Sequence record: CP014066.2
Direction: 5' to 3' (one strand)
From: a plasmid
Length of the DNA: 18,415 nt
The translations under genes and the position numbers were made by a program. Positions 1 to 7,164 of the stretch are shown one piece after another (position 1 is the stretch's first letter; every line of letters begins with the position of its first letter). The notes beneath the pieces were generated by a model. The model was not told the DNA's origin, did not search any database, and was given only the letters and a program-made list of their open reading frames with translations.

Positions 1-981
1 AAGCGGTGAGCGCACTCCGGCACCGCCAACTTTCAGCACATGCGTGTAAATCATCGTCGTAGAGACGTCGGAATGGCCGAGCAGATCCTGCACGGTTCGA
101 ATGTCGTAACCGCTGCGGAGCAAGGCCGTCGCGAACGAGTGGCGGAGGGTGTGCGGTGTGGCGGGCTTCGTGATGCCTGCTTGTTCTACGGCACGTTTGA
201 AGGCGCGCTGAAAGGTCTGGTCATACATGTGATGGCGACGCACGACACCGCTCCGTGGATCGGTCGAATGCGTGTGCTGCGCAAAAACCCAGAACCACGG
301 CCAGGAATGCCCGGCGCGCGGATACTTCCGCTCAAGGGCGTCGGGAAGCGCAACGCCGCTGCGGCCCTCGGCCTGGTCCTTCAGCCACCATGCCCGTGCA
401 CGCGACAGCTGCTCGCGCAGGCTGGGTGCCAAGCTCTCGGGTAACATCAAGGCCCGATCCTTGGAGCCCTTGCCCTCCCGCACGATGATCGTGCCGTGAT
501 CGAAATCCAGATCCTTGACCCGCAGTTGCAAACCCTCACTGATCCGCATGCCCGTTCCATACAGAAGCTGGGCGAACAAACGATGCTCGCCTTCCAGAAA
601 ACCGAGGATGCGAACCACTTCATCCGGGGTCAGCACCACCGGCAAGCGCCGCGACGGCCGAGGTCTTCCGATCTCCTGAAGCCAGGGCAGATCCGTGCAC
701 AGCACCTTGCCGTAGAAGAACAGCAAGGCCGCCAATGCCTGACGATGCGTGGAGACCGAAACCTTGCGCTCGTTCGCCAGCCAGGACAGAAATGCCTCGA
801 CTTCGCTGCTGCCCAAGGTTGCCGGGTGACGCACACCGTGGAAACGGATGAAGGCACGAACCCAGTGGACATAAGCCTGTTCGGTTCGTAAACTGTAATG
901 CAAGTAGCGTATGCGCTCACGCAACTGGTCCAGAACCTTGACCGAACGCAGCGGTGGTAACGGCGCAGTGGCGGTTTTCAT
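1..981 (-). CDS. intI1: Class 1 integron integrase IntI1, first 327 codons (start codon at 981..979). The ORF runs off the window start and continues at 18415
   Basis: The reverse complement of 961..981 reads ATGAAAACCGCCACTGCGCCG (MKTATAP). The gene is adjacent to attI1 and contains Pc. The sequence matches the remembered 5'-CS. Confidence 0.93.
866..894 (+). promoter_or_regulatory. Cassette promoter Pc, weak PcW variant: -35 TGGACA (866..871), 17-bp spacer, -10 TAAACT (889..894), no TGN
   Basis: Hexamers read directly. Located inside intI1 and oriented toward attI1 and the cassette. Confidence 0.8.
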
Positions 982-984
982 GGC

Positions 985-1010
985 TTGTTATGACTGTTTT
1001 TTTGTACAGT
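985..1010. promoter_or_regulatory. P2 hexamers TTGTTA (985..990) and TACAGT (1005..1010) with a 14-bp spacer (inactive form, no GGG insertion). The LexA box CTGTTTTTTTGTACAG (994..1009) overlaps the intI1 promoter
   Basis: Direct reading. CTGT-N8-ACAG palindrome. Confidence 0.7.
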
Positions 1011-1054
1011 CTATGCCTCGGGCATCCAAGCAGCAAGCGCGTTACGCCGTGGGT

Positions 1055-1123
1055 CGATGTTTGATGTTATGGAGCAGCAACGATGTTACGCAGCAGGGCA
1101 GTCGCCCTAAAACAAAGTTAGGC
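1055..1123 (+). other. attI1: attI1 recombination site; core GTTAGGC at 1117..1123, crossover between 1117 and 1118
   Basis: Canonical attI1 sequence ...AGTCGCCCTAAAACAAAGTTAGGC immediately upstream of the first cassette. Confidence 0.75.
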
Positions 1124-1126
1124 CGC

Positions 1127-1660
1127 ATGGACACAACGCAGGTCACATTGATACACAAAATTCTAGCTGCGGCAGATGAGCGAAATCTGCCGCTCTGGAT
1201 CGGTGGGGGCTGGGCGATCGATGCACGGCTAGGGCGTGTAACACGCAAGCACGATGATATTGATCTGACGTTTCCCGGCGAGAGGCGCGGCGAGCTCGAG
1301 GCAATAGTTGAAATGCTCGGCGGGCGCGTCATGGAGGAGTTGGACTATGGATTCTTAGCGGAGATCGGGGATGAGTTACTTGACTGCGAACCTGCTTGGT
1401 GGGCAGACGAAGCGTATGAAATCGCGGAGGCTCCGCAGGGCTCGTGCCCAGAGGCGGCTGAGGGCGTCATCGCCGGGCGGCCAGTCCGTTGTAACAGCTG
1501 GGAGGCGATCATCTGGGATTACTTTTACTATGCCGATGAAGTACCACCAGTGGACTGGCCTACAAAGCACATAGAGTCCTACAGGCTCGCATGCACCTCA
1601 CTCGGGGCGGAAAAGGTTGAGGTCTTGCGTGCCGCTTTCAGGTCGCGATATGCGGCCTAA
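1127..1660 (+). CDS. aadB: Aminoglycoside 2''-O-nucleotidyltransferase ANT(2'')-Ia (gentamicin/tobramycin/kanamycin resistance), gene cassette
   Basis: 177-aa product MDTTQVTLIHKILAAADERNLPLWIGGGWAIDARLG... recognised as AadB. ATG 5 nt after attI1 core, followed by attC. Confidence 0.93.
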   Translation: MDTTQVTLIHKILAAADERNLPLWIGGGWAIDARLGRVTRKHDDIDLTFPGERRGELEAIVEMLGGRVMEELDYGFLAEIGDELLDCEPAWWADEAYEIAEAPQGSCPEAAEGVIAGRPVRCNSWEAIIWDYFYYADEVPPVDWPTKHIESYRLACTSLGAEKVEVLRAAFRSRYAA

Positions 1661-1714
1661 CAATTCGTCCAAGCCGACGCCGCTTCGCGGCGCGGCTTAA
1701 CTCAGGTGTTAGAT
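1655..1714 (+). other. attC: aadB attC (59-be), ~60 bp: inverse core GCCTAAC (1655..1661), core GTTAGAT (1708..1714)
   Basis: Imperfect inverted repeat bounded by RYYYAAC/GTTRRRY cores. The 3'-CS starts right after it. Confidence 0.75.
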
Positions 1715-1816
1715 GCACTAAGCACATAATTGCTCACAGCCAAACTATCAGGTCAAGTCTGCTTTTATTATTTTTAAGCGTGCATAATAAGCCCTACACA
1801 AATTGGGAGATATATC

Positions 1817-2164
1817 ATGAAAGGCTGGCTTTTTCTTGTTATCGCAATAGTTGGCGAAGTAATCGCAACATCCGCATTAAAATCTAGCGAGGGCTTTACT
1901 AAGCTTGCCCCTTCCGCCGTTGTCATAATCGGTTATGGCATCGCATTTTATTTTCTTTCTCTGGTTCTGAAATCCATCCCTGTCGGTGTTGCTTATGCAG
2001 TCTGGTCGGGACTCGGCGTCGTCATAATTACAGCCATTGCCTGGTTGCTTCATGGGCAAAAGCTTGATGCGTGGGGCTTTGTAGGTATGGGGCTCATAAT
2101 TGCTGCCTTTTTGCTCGCCCGATCCCCATCGTGGAAGTCGCTGCGGAGGCCGACGCCATGGTGA
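1817..2164 (+). CDS. qacEdelta1: Truncated small-multidrug-resistance (SMR) efflux protein QacEdelta1 (3'-CS)
   Basis: 115-aa product [27 protein letters not shown]... with the characteristic altered C-terminus. Overlaps the sul1 start. Confidence 0.93.
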   Translation: MKGWLFLVIAIVGEVIATSALKSSEGFTKLAPSAVVIIGYGIAFYFLSLVLKSIPVGVAYAVWSGLGVVIITAIAWLLHGQKLDAWGFVGMGLIIAAFLLARSPSWKSLRRPTPW

Positions 2165-2997
2165 CGGTGTTCGGCATTCTGAATCTCACCGAGGACTCCT
2201 TCTTCGATGAGAGCCGGCGGCTAGACCCCGCCGGCGCTGTCACCGCGGCGATCGAAATGCTGCGAGTCGGATCAGACGTCGTGGATGTCGGACCGGCCGC
2301 CAGCCATCCGGACGCGAGGCCTGTATCGCCGGCCGATGAGATCAGACGTATTGCGCCGCTCTTAGACGCCCTGTCCGATCAGATGCACCGTGTTTCAATC
2401 GACAGCTTCCAACCGGAAACCCAGCGCTATGCGCTCAAGCGCGGCGTGGGCTACCTGAACGATATCCAAGGATTTCCTGACCCTGCGCTCTATCCCGATA
2501 TTGCTGAGGCGGACTGCAGGCTGGTGGTTATGCACTCAGCGCAGCGGGATGGCATCGCCACCCGCACCGGTCACCTTCGACCCGAAGACGCGCTCGACGA
2601 GATTGTGCGGTTCTTCGAGGCGCGGGTTTCCGCCTTGCGACGGAGCGGGGTCGCTGCCGACCGGCTCATCCTCGATCCGGGGATGGGATTTTTCTTGAGC
2701 CCCGCACCGGAAACATCGCTGCACGTGCTGTCGAACCTTCAAAAGCTGAAGTCGGCGTTGGGGCTTCCGCTATTGGTCTCGGTGTCGCGGAAATCCTTCT
2801 TGGGCGCCACCGTTGGCCTTCCTGTAAAGGATCTGGGTCCAGCGAGCCTTGCGGCGGAACTTCACGCGATCGGCAATGGCGCTGACTACGTCCGCACCCA
2901 CGCGCCTGGAGATCTGCGAAGCGCAATCACCTTCTCGGAAACCCTCGCGAAATTTCGCAGTCGCGACGCCAGAGACCGAGGGTTAGATCATGCCTAG
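2158..2997 (+). CDS. sul1: Sulfonamide-resistant dihydropteroate synthase Sul1
   Basis: 279-aa product [28 protein letters not shown]... The ATG overlaps the qacEdelta1 end, as in the 3'-CS. Confidence 0.94.
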   Translation: MVTVFGILNLTEDSFFDESRRLDPAGAVTAAIEMLRVGSDVVDVGPAASHPDARPVSPADEIRRIAPLLDALSDQMHRVSIDSFQPETQRYALKRGVGYLNDIQGFPDPALYPDIAEADCRLVVMHSAQRDGIATRTGHLRPEDALDEIVRFFEARVSALRRSGVAADRLILDPGMGFFLSPAPETSLHVLSNLQKLKSALGLPLLVSVSRKSFLGATVGLPVKDLGPASLAAELHAIGNGADYVRTHAPGDLRSAITFSETLAKFRSRDARDRGLDHA

Positions 2998-3124
2998 CAT
3001 TCACCTTCCGGCCGCCCGCTAGCGGACCCTGGTCAGGTTCCGCGAAGGTGGGCGCAGACATGCTGGGCTCGTCAGGATCAAACTGCACTATGAGGCGGCG
3101 GTTCATACCGCGCCAGGGGAGCGA

Positions 3125-3625
3125 ATGGACAGCGAGGAGCCTCCGAACGTTCGGGTCGCCTGCTCGGGTGATATCGACGAGGTTGTGCGGCTGATGCACG
3201 ACGCTGCGGCGTGGATGTCCGCCAAGGGAACGCCCGCCTGGGACGTCGCGCGGATCGACCGGACATTCGCGGAGACCTTCGTCCTGAGATCCGAGCTCCT
3301 AGTCGCGAGTTGCAGCGACGGCATCGTCGGCTGTTGCACCTTGTCGGCCGAGGATCCCGAGTTCTGGCCCGACGCCCTCAAGGGGGAGGCCGCATATCTG
3401 CACAAGCTCGCGGTGCGACGGACACATGCGGGCCGGGGTGTCAGCTCCGCGCTGATCGAGGCTTGCCGCCATGCCGCGCGAACGCAGGGGTGCGCCAAGC
3501 TGCGGCTCGACTGCCACCCGAACCTGCGTGGCCTATACGAGCGGCTCGGATTCACCCACGTCGACACTTTCAATCCCGGCTGGGATCCAACCTTCATCGC
3601 AGAACGCCTAGAACTCGAAATCTAA
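3125..3625 (+). CDS. orf5: orf5, GNAT-family N-acetyltransferase of the 3'-CS
   Basis: 166-aa product MDSEEPPNVRVACSGDIDEVVRLMHDAAAW... in the standard position downstream of sul1. Confidence 0.85.
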   Translation: MDSEEPPNVRVACSGDIDEVVRLMHDAAAWMSAKGTPAWDVARIDRTFAETFVLRSELLVASCSDGIVGCCTLSAEDPEFWPDALKGEAAYLHKLAVRRTHAGRGVSSALIEACRHAARTQGCAKLRLDCHPNLRGLYERLGFTHVDTFNPGWDPTFIAERLELEI

Positions 3626-3912
3626 CGTCCGTTCGGGCATCGAGGTCCATGTCGGGGTGGGACGGGCCCGTGGCTTCAAGATCACTTGCAGTCCGACCGC
3701 GATGTCTTGGTTGCGCGAGAGGTTGTCGATATCCTCCACTTCCATCATCAACCCTGGATAATGCCGCCGCCGTCATCGCCGCCGACGCCCGTGCCGGGCT
3801 TTTCGGGCCTGTCAGGCTTGCTCGGCCTTCAGCCTGCCTGGGCGAGATCTCCGGCGGACGGATTAACGGCGGAGCTTCGCCGCCTTTCGTGCGTGTGAAG
3901 GCCGAAGATAGG

Positions 3913-4791
3913 GCTCTGTTGCAAAAATCGTGAAGCTTGAGCATGCTTGGCGGAGATTGGACGGACGGAACGATGACGGATTTCAAGTGGCGCCATTTCC
4001 AGGGTGATGTGATCCTGTGGGCGGTGCGCTGGTATTGTCGCTATCCGATCAGCTATCGCGACCTTGAGGAAATGCTGGCGGAACGCGGCATTTCGGTCGA
4101 CCATACGACGATCTATCGCTGGGTCCAGTGCTACGCCCCGGAGATGGAGAAGCGGCTGCGCTGGTTCTGGCGGCGTGGCTTTGATCCGAGCTGGCGCCTG
4201 GATGAAACCTACGTCAAGGTGCGGGGCAAGTGGACCTACCTGTACCGGGCAGTCGACAAGCGGGGCGACACGATCGATTTCTACCTGTCGCCGACCCGCA
4301 GCGCCAAGGCAGCGAAGCGGTTCCTGGGCAAGGCCCTGCGAGGCCTGAAGCACTGGGAAAAGCCTGCCACGCTCAATACCGACAAAGCGCCGAGCTATGG
4401 TGCAGCGATCACCGAATTGAAGCGCGAAGGAAAGCTGGACCGGGAGACGGCCCACCGGCAGGTGAAGTATCTCAATAACGTGATCGAGGCCGATCACGGA
4501 AAGCTCAAGATACTGATCAAGCCGGTGCGCGGTTTCAAATCGATCCCCACGGCCTATGCCACGATCAAGGGATTCGAAGTCATGCGAGCCCTGCGCAAAG
4601 GACAGGCTCGCCCCTGGTGCCTGCAGCCCGGCATCAGGGGCGAGGTGCGCCTTGTGGAGAGAGCTTTTGGCATTGGGCCCTCGGCGCTGACGGAGGCCAT
4701 GGGCATGCTCAACCACCATTTCGCAGCAGCCGCCTGATCGGCGCAGAGCGACAGCCTACCTCTGACTGCCGCCAATCTTTGCAACAGAGCC
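3913..4791 (+). mobile_element. IS6100 (IS6 family), complete; 14-bp terminal IRs GGCTCTGTTGCAAA at 3913..3926 and 4778..4791 (inverted)
   Basis: Terminal inverted repeats read directly. A 254-aa IS6-type transposase ORF lies between them. ~880 bp overall. Confidence 0.92.
3973..4737 (+). CDS. tnpA: IS6100 transposase
   Basis: 254-aa product MTDFKWRHFQGDVILWAVRWYCRYPISYRDLEEMLAERGISVDHTTIYRW... (IS6/IS26-family DDE transposase). Confidence 0.93.
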   Translation: MTDFKWRHFQGDVILWAVRWYCRYPISYRDLEEMLAERGISVDHTTIYRWVQCYAPEMEKRLRWFWRRGFDPSWRLDETYVKVRGKWTYLYRAVDKRGDTIDFYLSPTRSAKAAKRFLGKALRGLKHWEKPATLNTDKAPSYGAAITELKREGKLDRETAHRQVKYLNNVIEADHGKLKILIKPVRGFKSIPTAYATIKGFEVMRALRKGQARPWCLQPGIRGEVRLVERAFGIGPSALTEAMGMLNHHFAAAA

Positions 4792-4918
4792 TCCGTCGCC
4801 ATGCTCACCTCGCTTTGGTGCACACGAGTATTGAGCATAGTCGAGATTGGTGCAGATCACTTCTGATATTGAACTGTCAGGAGCTGGCTGCACAACAGCC
4901 ATTACGCCCAATCAACTG

Positions 4919-4943
4919 GTGCAGTCGTCTTCTGAAAATGACA
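4919..4943 (-). repeat. IRt, 25-bp terminal inverted repeat of the Tn402/class 1 integron backbone (TGTCATTTTCAGAAGACGACTGCAC on the minus strand)
   Basis: Exact 25-mer. It follows the short tni-end remnant after IS6100, as in In4-type integrons. Confidence 0.9.
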
Positions 4944-5027
4944 TATGCGCCTAGCTCAAAACACCAGCCTTAAAGAGCCTTTTCAAGACAGTTTCAGCGC
5001 GATGGACTCGGGGGCAGGGAAGGGCTA

Positions 5028-5054
5028 TTATCACTAGGTATTACTATGTGATAA
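5028..5054. promoter_or_regulatory. Inverted repeat TTATCAC-N13-GTGATAA (with inner CACTAGGTA/TACTATGTG half-sites) 10 bp upstream of the antitoxin ATG; putative autoregulatory operator/promoter of the TA operon
   Basis: Palindrome read directly. The position is typical of RHH antitoxin operators. Confidence 0.5.
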
Positions 5055-5064
5055 GAGGCCCACT

Positions 5065-5337
5065 ATGGCAACGTCTCTCAAGATCGACGACACGCTGAAA
5101 GGTCGCGTCCAGCACCTCGCCAGCCAGCGCCGCCGCTCGCCCCACTGGATCATGCTCGAAGCGATCCAGCAGTACGTCGAGCGCGAAGAAGCCCGCGAGA
5201 GCTTCAAGCAGGAAGCCTTGGCGTCCTGGGCGGCCTACAAGGAAACCGGCCGCCACCTGACCGGCCAGGAAGTTCGCACCTGGTTGAACACCTGGGGCAC
5301 CAATGACGAAAGGGCGGTGCCTGAGTGCCACAAGTAA
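5065..5337 (+). CDS. Ribbon-helix-helix antitoxin (ParD/CopG-like) of a type II TA pair
   Basis: 90-aa product. N-terminal beta-strand/helix motif KIDDTLKGRVQHLA. Overlaps the downstream ParE/RelE-like gene by 13 nt. Confidence 0.7.
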   Translation: MATSLKIDDTLKGRVQHLASQRRRSPHWIMLEAIQQYVEREEARESFKQEALASWAAYKETGRHLTGQEVRTWLNTWGTNDERAVPECHK

Positions 5338-5618
5338 TCGTCACCGAAGGCGCGGCGGAAGGCTTGGAACGATGCCGGCGGTTCCTGGCCGTCAAGGCAC
5401 CGGACGCCGCCAGGCGTGCCGGCCAGGCCATCGAGCGGCAATTCCTGCTGCTGGAGACGGCCCCCGACATTGGCCGGCCGTTCCCTGAAATGCCCGAGCT
5501 GCGCGAGCTGGTGATTGCCTTCGGTGATTCCGGCTATGTGGCTTTGTACCGCCACGAACCGGCCGACGATGCGGTGTATGTTCTGGCCTTCCGGCACCAG
5601 AAAGAGGCGGGCTACTGA
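5325..5618 (+). CDS. ParE/RelE-family toxin (GTG start)
   Basis: 97-aa basic protein with a ParE-like C-terminus (...YVALYRHEPADDAVYVLAFRHQKEAGY). Classic antitoxin-toxin overlap. An RBS AAAGGG lies 8 nt upstream of the GTG. Confidence 0.65.
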   Translation: MPQVIVTEGAAEGLERCRRFLAVKAPDAARRAGQAIERQFLLLETAPDIGRPFPEMPELRELVIAFGDSGYVALYRHEPADDAVYVLAFRHQKEAGY

Positions 5619-5788
5619 TGACCACCAAGACCGTGAGCGCCGCCGTGCCGGCGGCCGTGAAGGCCGAAGCTGCCGCCGTCGCGGCCGCGCACGGCATGAG
5701 CATGGCCGCGCTACTGCGCGAGCTGCTGGCCCGCGTAGCCGCCCGCGATGCTGAAACGCTGGCCTGGCTCGATAAGGCCCGCCGATGA
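5618..5788 (+). CDS. Small RHH-fold protein (56 aa) not listed in the ORF track; its start overlaps the toxin stop (TGATG) and its stop overlaps the next ATG (ATGA)
   Basis: Product MTTKTVSAAVPAAVKAEAAAVAAAHGMSMAALLRELLARVAARDAETLAWLDKARR. It has an RHH-like beta-strand plus helix pattern and is translationally coupled on both sides. Confidence 0.45.
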   Translation: MTTKTVSAAVPAAVKAEAAAVAAAHGMSMAALLRELLARVAARDAETLAWLDKARR

Positions 5789-6393
5789 CCGACCCGAAGA
5801 ACCTGGAAAGCTGGCTGCATGAGAAGGCCGGCCCGGCCTATGACGCATTGAAGGCCGATCCGGCCCGCGCCGTCACGGCTGACCAGGTGCGCCGCACGCT
5901 CGATGAGCTGCTGGCCGAGGCCGAAGCAGCCGGCCAGCATCCATTGCCGCCCGAGCAACGCGAATGGGTGGATGCGCCTGCCGTTGGCCGCGAGTGGCCG
6001 GCCTGTGAAACCCTGGAAGCCGACCAGGTGCGCGCACGCCTGCATGACGACGCAATGGCCGAAGCCTTCCGCAAAGACCCGGCCTATGCGGTGGAACTGC
6101 TGAACAGCATCCTTGAGGATGGCGACCAGGACGAATTGCTGATCGCGCGCCGCCAGATAACGGAAGCGTTTAGTGAAAGGGTCGCCGACATTGCCCTGGC
6201 TATCGCGCTGGCCCGCCGCGTCGATGCGGGCCTGGACCCGCTGACGCCCTTCGACCCGGCCGAACATCTGACCACGGCCGAGGCCGTGGCCGCGCTCCTT
6301 GCCGACGCCGAAGCCACCGGCGATGCGGCTTACATCGAGCACGCGCACCAGGTCGCAGCACGTGCGCGAACCATGCACGGCCTGGAAGGGTAG
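5785..6393 (+). CDS. Acidic 202-aa protein. The N-terminus resembles a ParD C-terminal domain. It is followed by two tandem copies of a motif resembling the N-terminal (non-HTH) half of HigA-family 'addiction module antidote' proteins
   Basis: Internal repeat DPAYAVELLNSILEDGDQDELLIARRQITEA / DPAEHLTTAEAVAALLADAEATGDAAYIEHAHQVA. Strongly acidic composition. Fourth gene of the TA operon. Confidence 0.45.
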   Translation: MTDPKNLESWLHEKAGPAYDALKADPARAVTADQVRRTLDELLAEAEAAGQHPLPPEQREWVDAPAVGREWPACETLEADQVRARLHDDAMAEAFRKDPAYAVELLNSILEDGDQDELLIARRQITEAFSERVADIALAIALARRVDAGLDPLTPFDPAEHLTTAEAVAALLADAEATGDAAYIEHAHQVAARARTMHGLEG

Positions 6394-6567
6394 GGCTGGC
6401 CAGCATCGCCATTTCTGGCGGTGCTGCAGGAGGATCTCATCGCCGGAAATGACGATGCGAGATCCACGCCAAGGGAAAGGGCAGGGCGGCCGTCATCGCT
6501 CGATCTGGCGATGCTCGAGAACGCCGGCGCGCATCGTCGGAAACGGCGATGCAGGCCCGAAAACAAC

Positions 6568-6591
6568 AAGGGCGGCCACTGGCCGCCCTTA
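6568..6591 (-). terminator. Rho-independent terminator hairpin AAGGGCGGCCA-CT-GGCCGCCCTT. The T-rich tail is on the minus strand (GTTGTTTTC), so it terminates the leftward trbJ-...-orf77 array. It may also act weakly for the convergent TA operon
   Basis: 11-bp GC-rich perfect stem and 2-nt loop followed by a U-tract on the minus strand. Confidence 0.6.
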
Positions 6592-6607
6592 CTGTTCCTG
6601 GTGGGGC

Positions 6608-6841
6608 CTACGCGGTGAGTGACTGCCGCACCGCGTCCAGGGCCTGGCGGAAGTCGTCCCGCGTGGCTTGGCCCGTCTCGGCCTGGTAGTACAGCACCAT
6701 GAACATATTGGCGACGGCTTCCGCCATCGGCGAGAGCTGCCGCGCCGCCTCTTGGTCGATCCAGTCCAGGGCCGCGAGCTGTGCGGCCGCATGATGGACT
6801 GCCTGGGTTGCGATTGCATTGGTAGGATTCAAAGTTGCCAT
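6608..6841 (-). CDS. Hypothetical protein, 77 aa
   Basis: ATG start with RBS GAGGTG at good spacing. Protein-like composition. Directly followed by the terminator. Confidence 0.5.
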   Translation of the reverse strand: MATLNPTNAIATQAVHHAAAQLAALDWIDQEAARQLSPMAEAVANMFMVLYYQAETGQATRDDFRQALDAVRQSLTA

Positions 6842-6904
6842 GATTCACCTCTGTGGTAGGTGGGTTGTGGAAGTGTCGGCCGGCCCCACGCCGGCCGGCG
6901 CGCT

Positions 6905-7162
6905 TTACCGCTGGCCGCTGCTGTAGATGCCGGCGGCCTCGGCCAGCGGCGTGTTCCTGTTGCTGCCGCTGTAGCTGTTGCTCGATGACCTGGCCGCTGG
7001 CCTGGTGGCCTCGATGGCAGACGGGACAGGGCGATCAACGAAGGCCGCCACTTCCGCCGCTGCATCAAGCTCGGTTGATTGGTCGCCAGGCTGCTCAAAC
7101 TCCACCGCCTGACGCTGCACCTGGTCGAGCGCCAGGCAGTCGAAAAATCCACTACGTTTCAT
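6905..7162 (-). CDS. Hypothetical protein, 85 aa (ATG at 7162; the ORF track shows an upstream GTG)
   Basis: RBS GGAGG 7 nt upstream. The start lies 2 nt after the trbL stop. Confidence 0.45.
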   Translation of the reverse strand: MKRSGFFDCLALDQVQRQAVEFEQPGDQSTELDAAAEVAAFVDRPVPSAIEATRPAARSSSNSYSGSNRNTPLAEAAGIYSSGQR

Positions 7163-7164
7163 AG

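Larger units (their letters stand above)
1..4943. mobile_element. Class 1 integron, In4-like (Tn402-derived, tni module replaced by IS6100); portion inside the window start. The element begins at IRi 18181 and wraps across the window boundary
   Basis: Canonical 5'-CS (intI1/Pc/attI1) and 3'-CS (qacEdelta1-sul1-orf5), then IS6100 and the 25-bp IRt at 4919..4943. IRi lies at 18181..18205. Confidence 0.9.

Noticed and set aside
40-891. Several plus-strand ORFs (40..444, 496..891 and others)
   Set aside because: Antisense to intI1.
3686-3898. 70-aa plus-strand ORF between orf5 and IS6100
   Set aside because: This corresponds to the truncated orf6 remnant of the 3'-CS cut by IS6100 in In4-type integrons. 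It is not an independent gene, and I cannot verify the exact truncation point from memory.
3829-4719. 296-aa minus-strand ORF
   Set aside because: Antisense to the IS6100 transposase.
4944-4948. Expected 5-bp target-site duplication flanking the integron (TATGC here versus TATAT at 18176..18180)
   Set aside because: The two flanks are not identical, so no target-site duplication can be claimed. Reported instead as evidence for acquisition by recombination or a later mutation.
5392-6378. 328-aa minus-strand ORF
   Set aside because: Antisense to the translationally coupled TA operon. Arg/Ala-rich junk composition.
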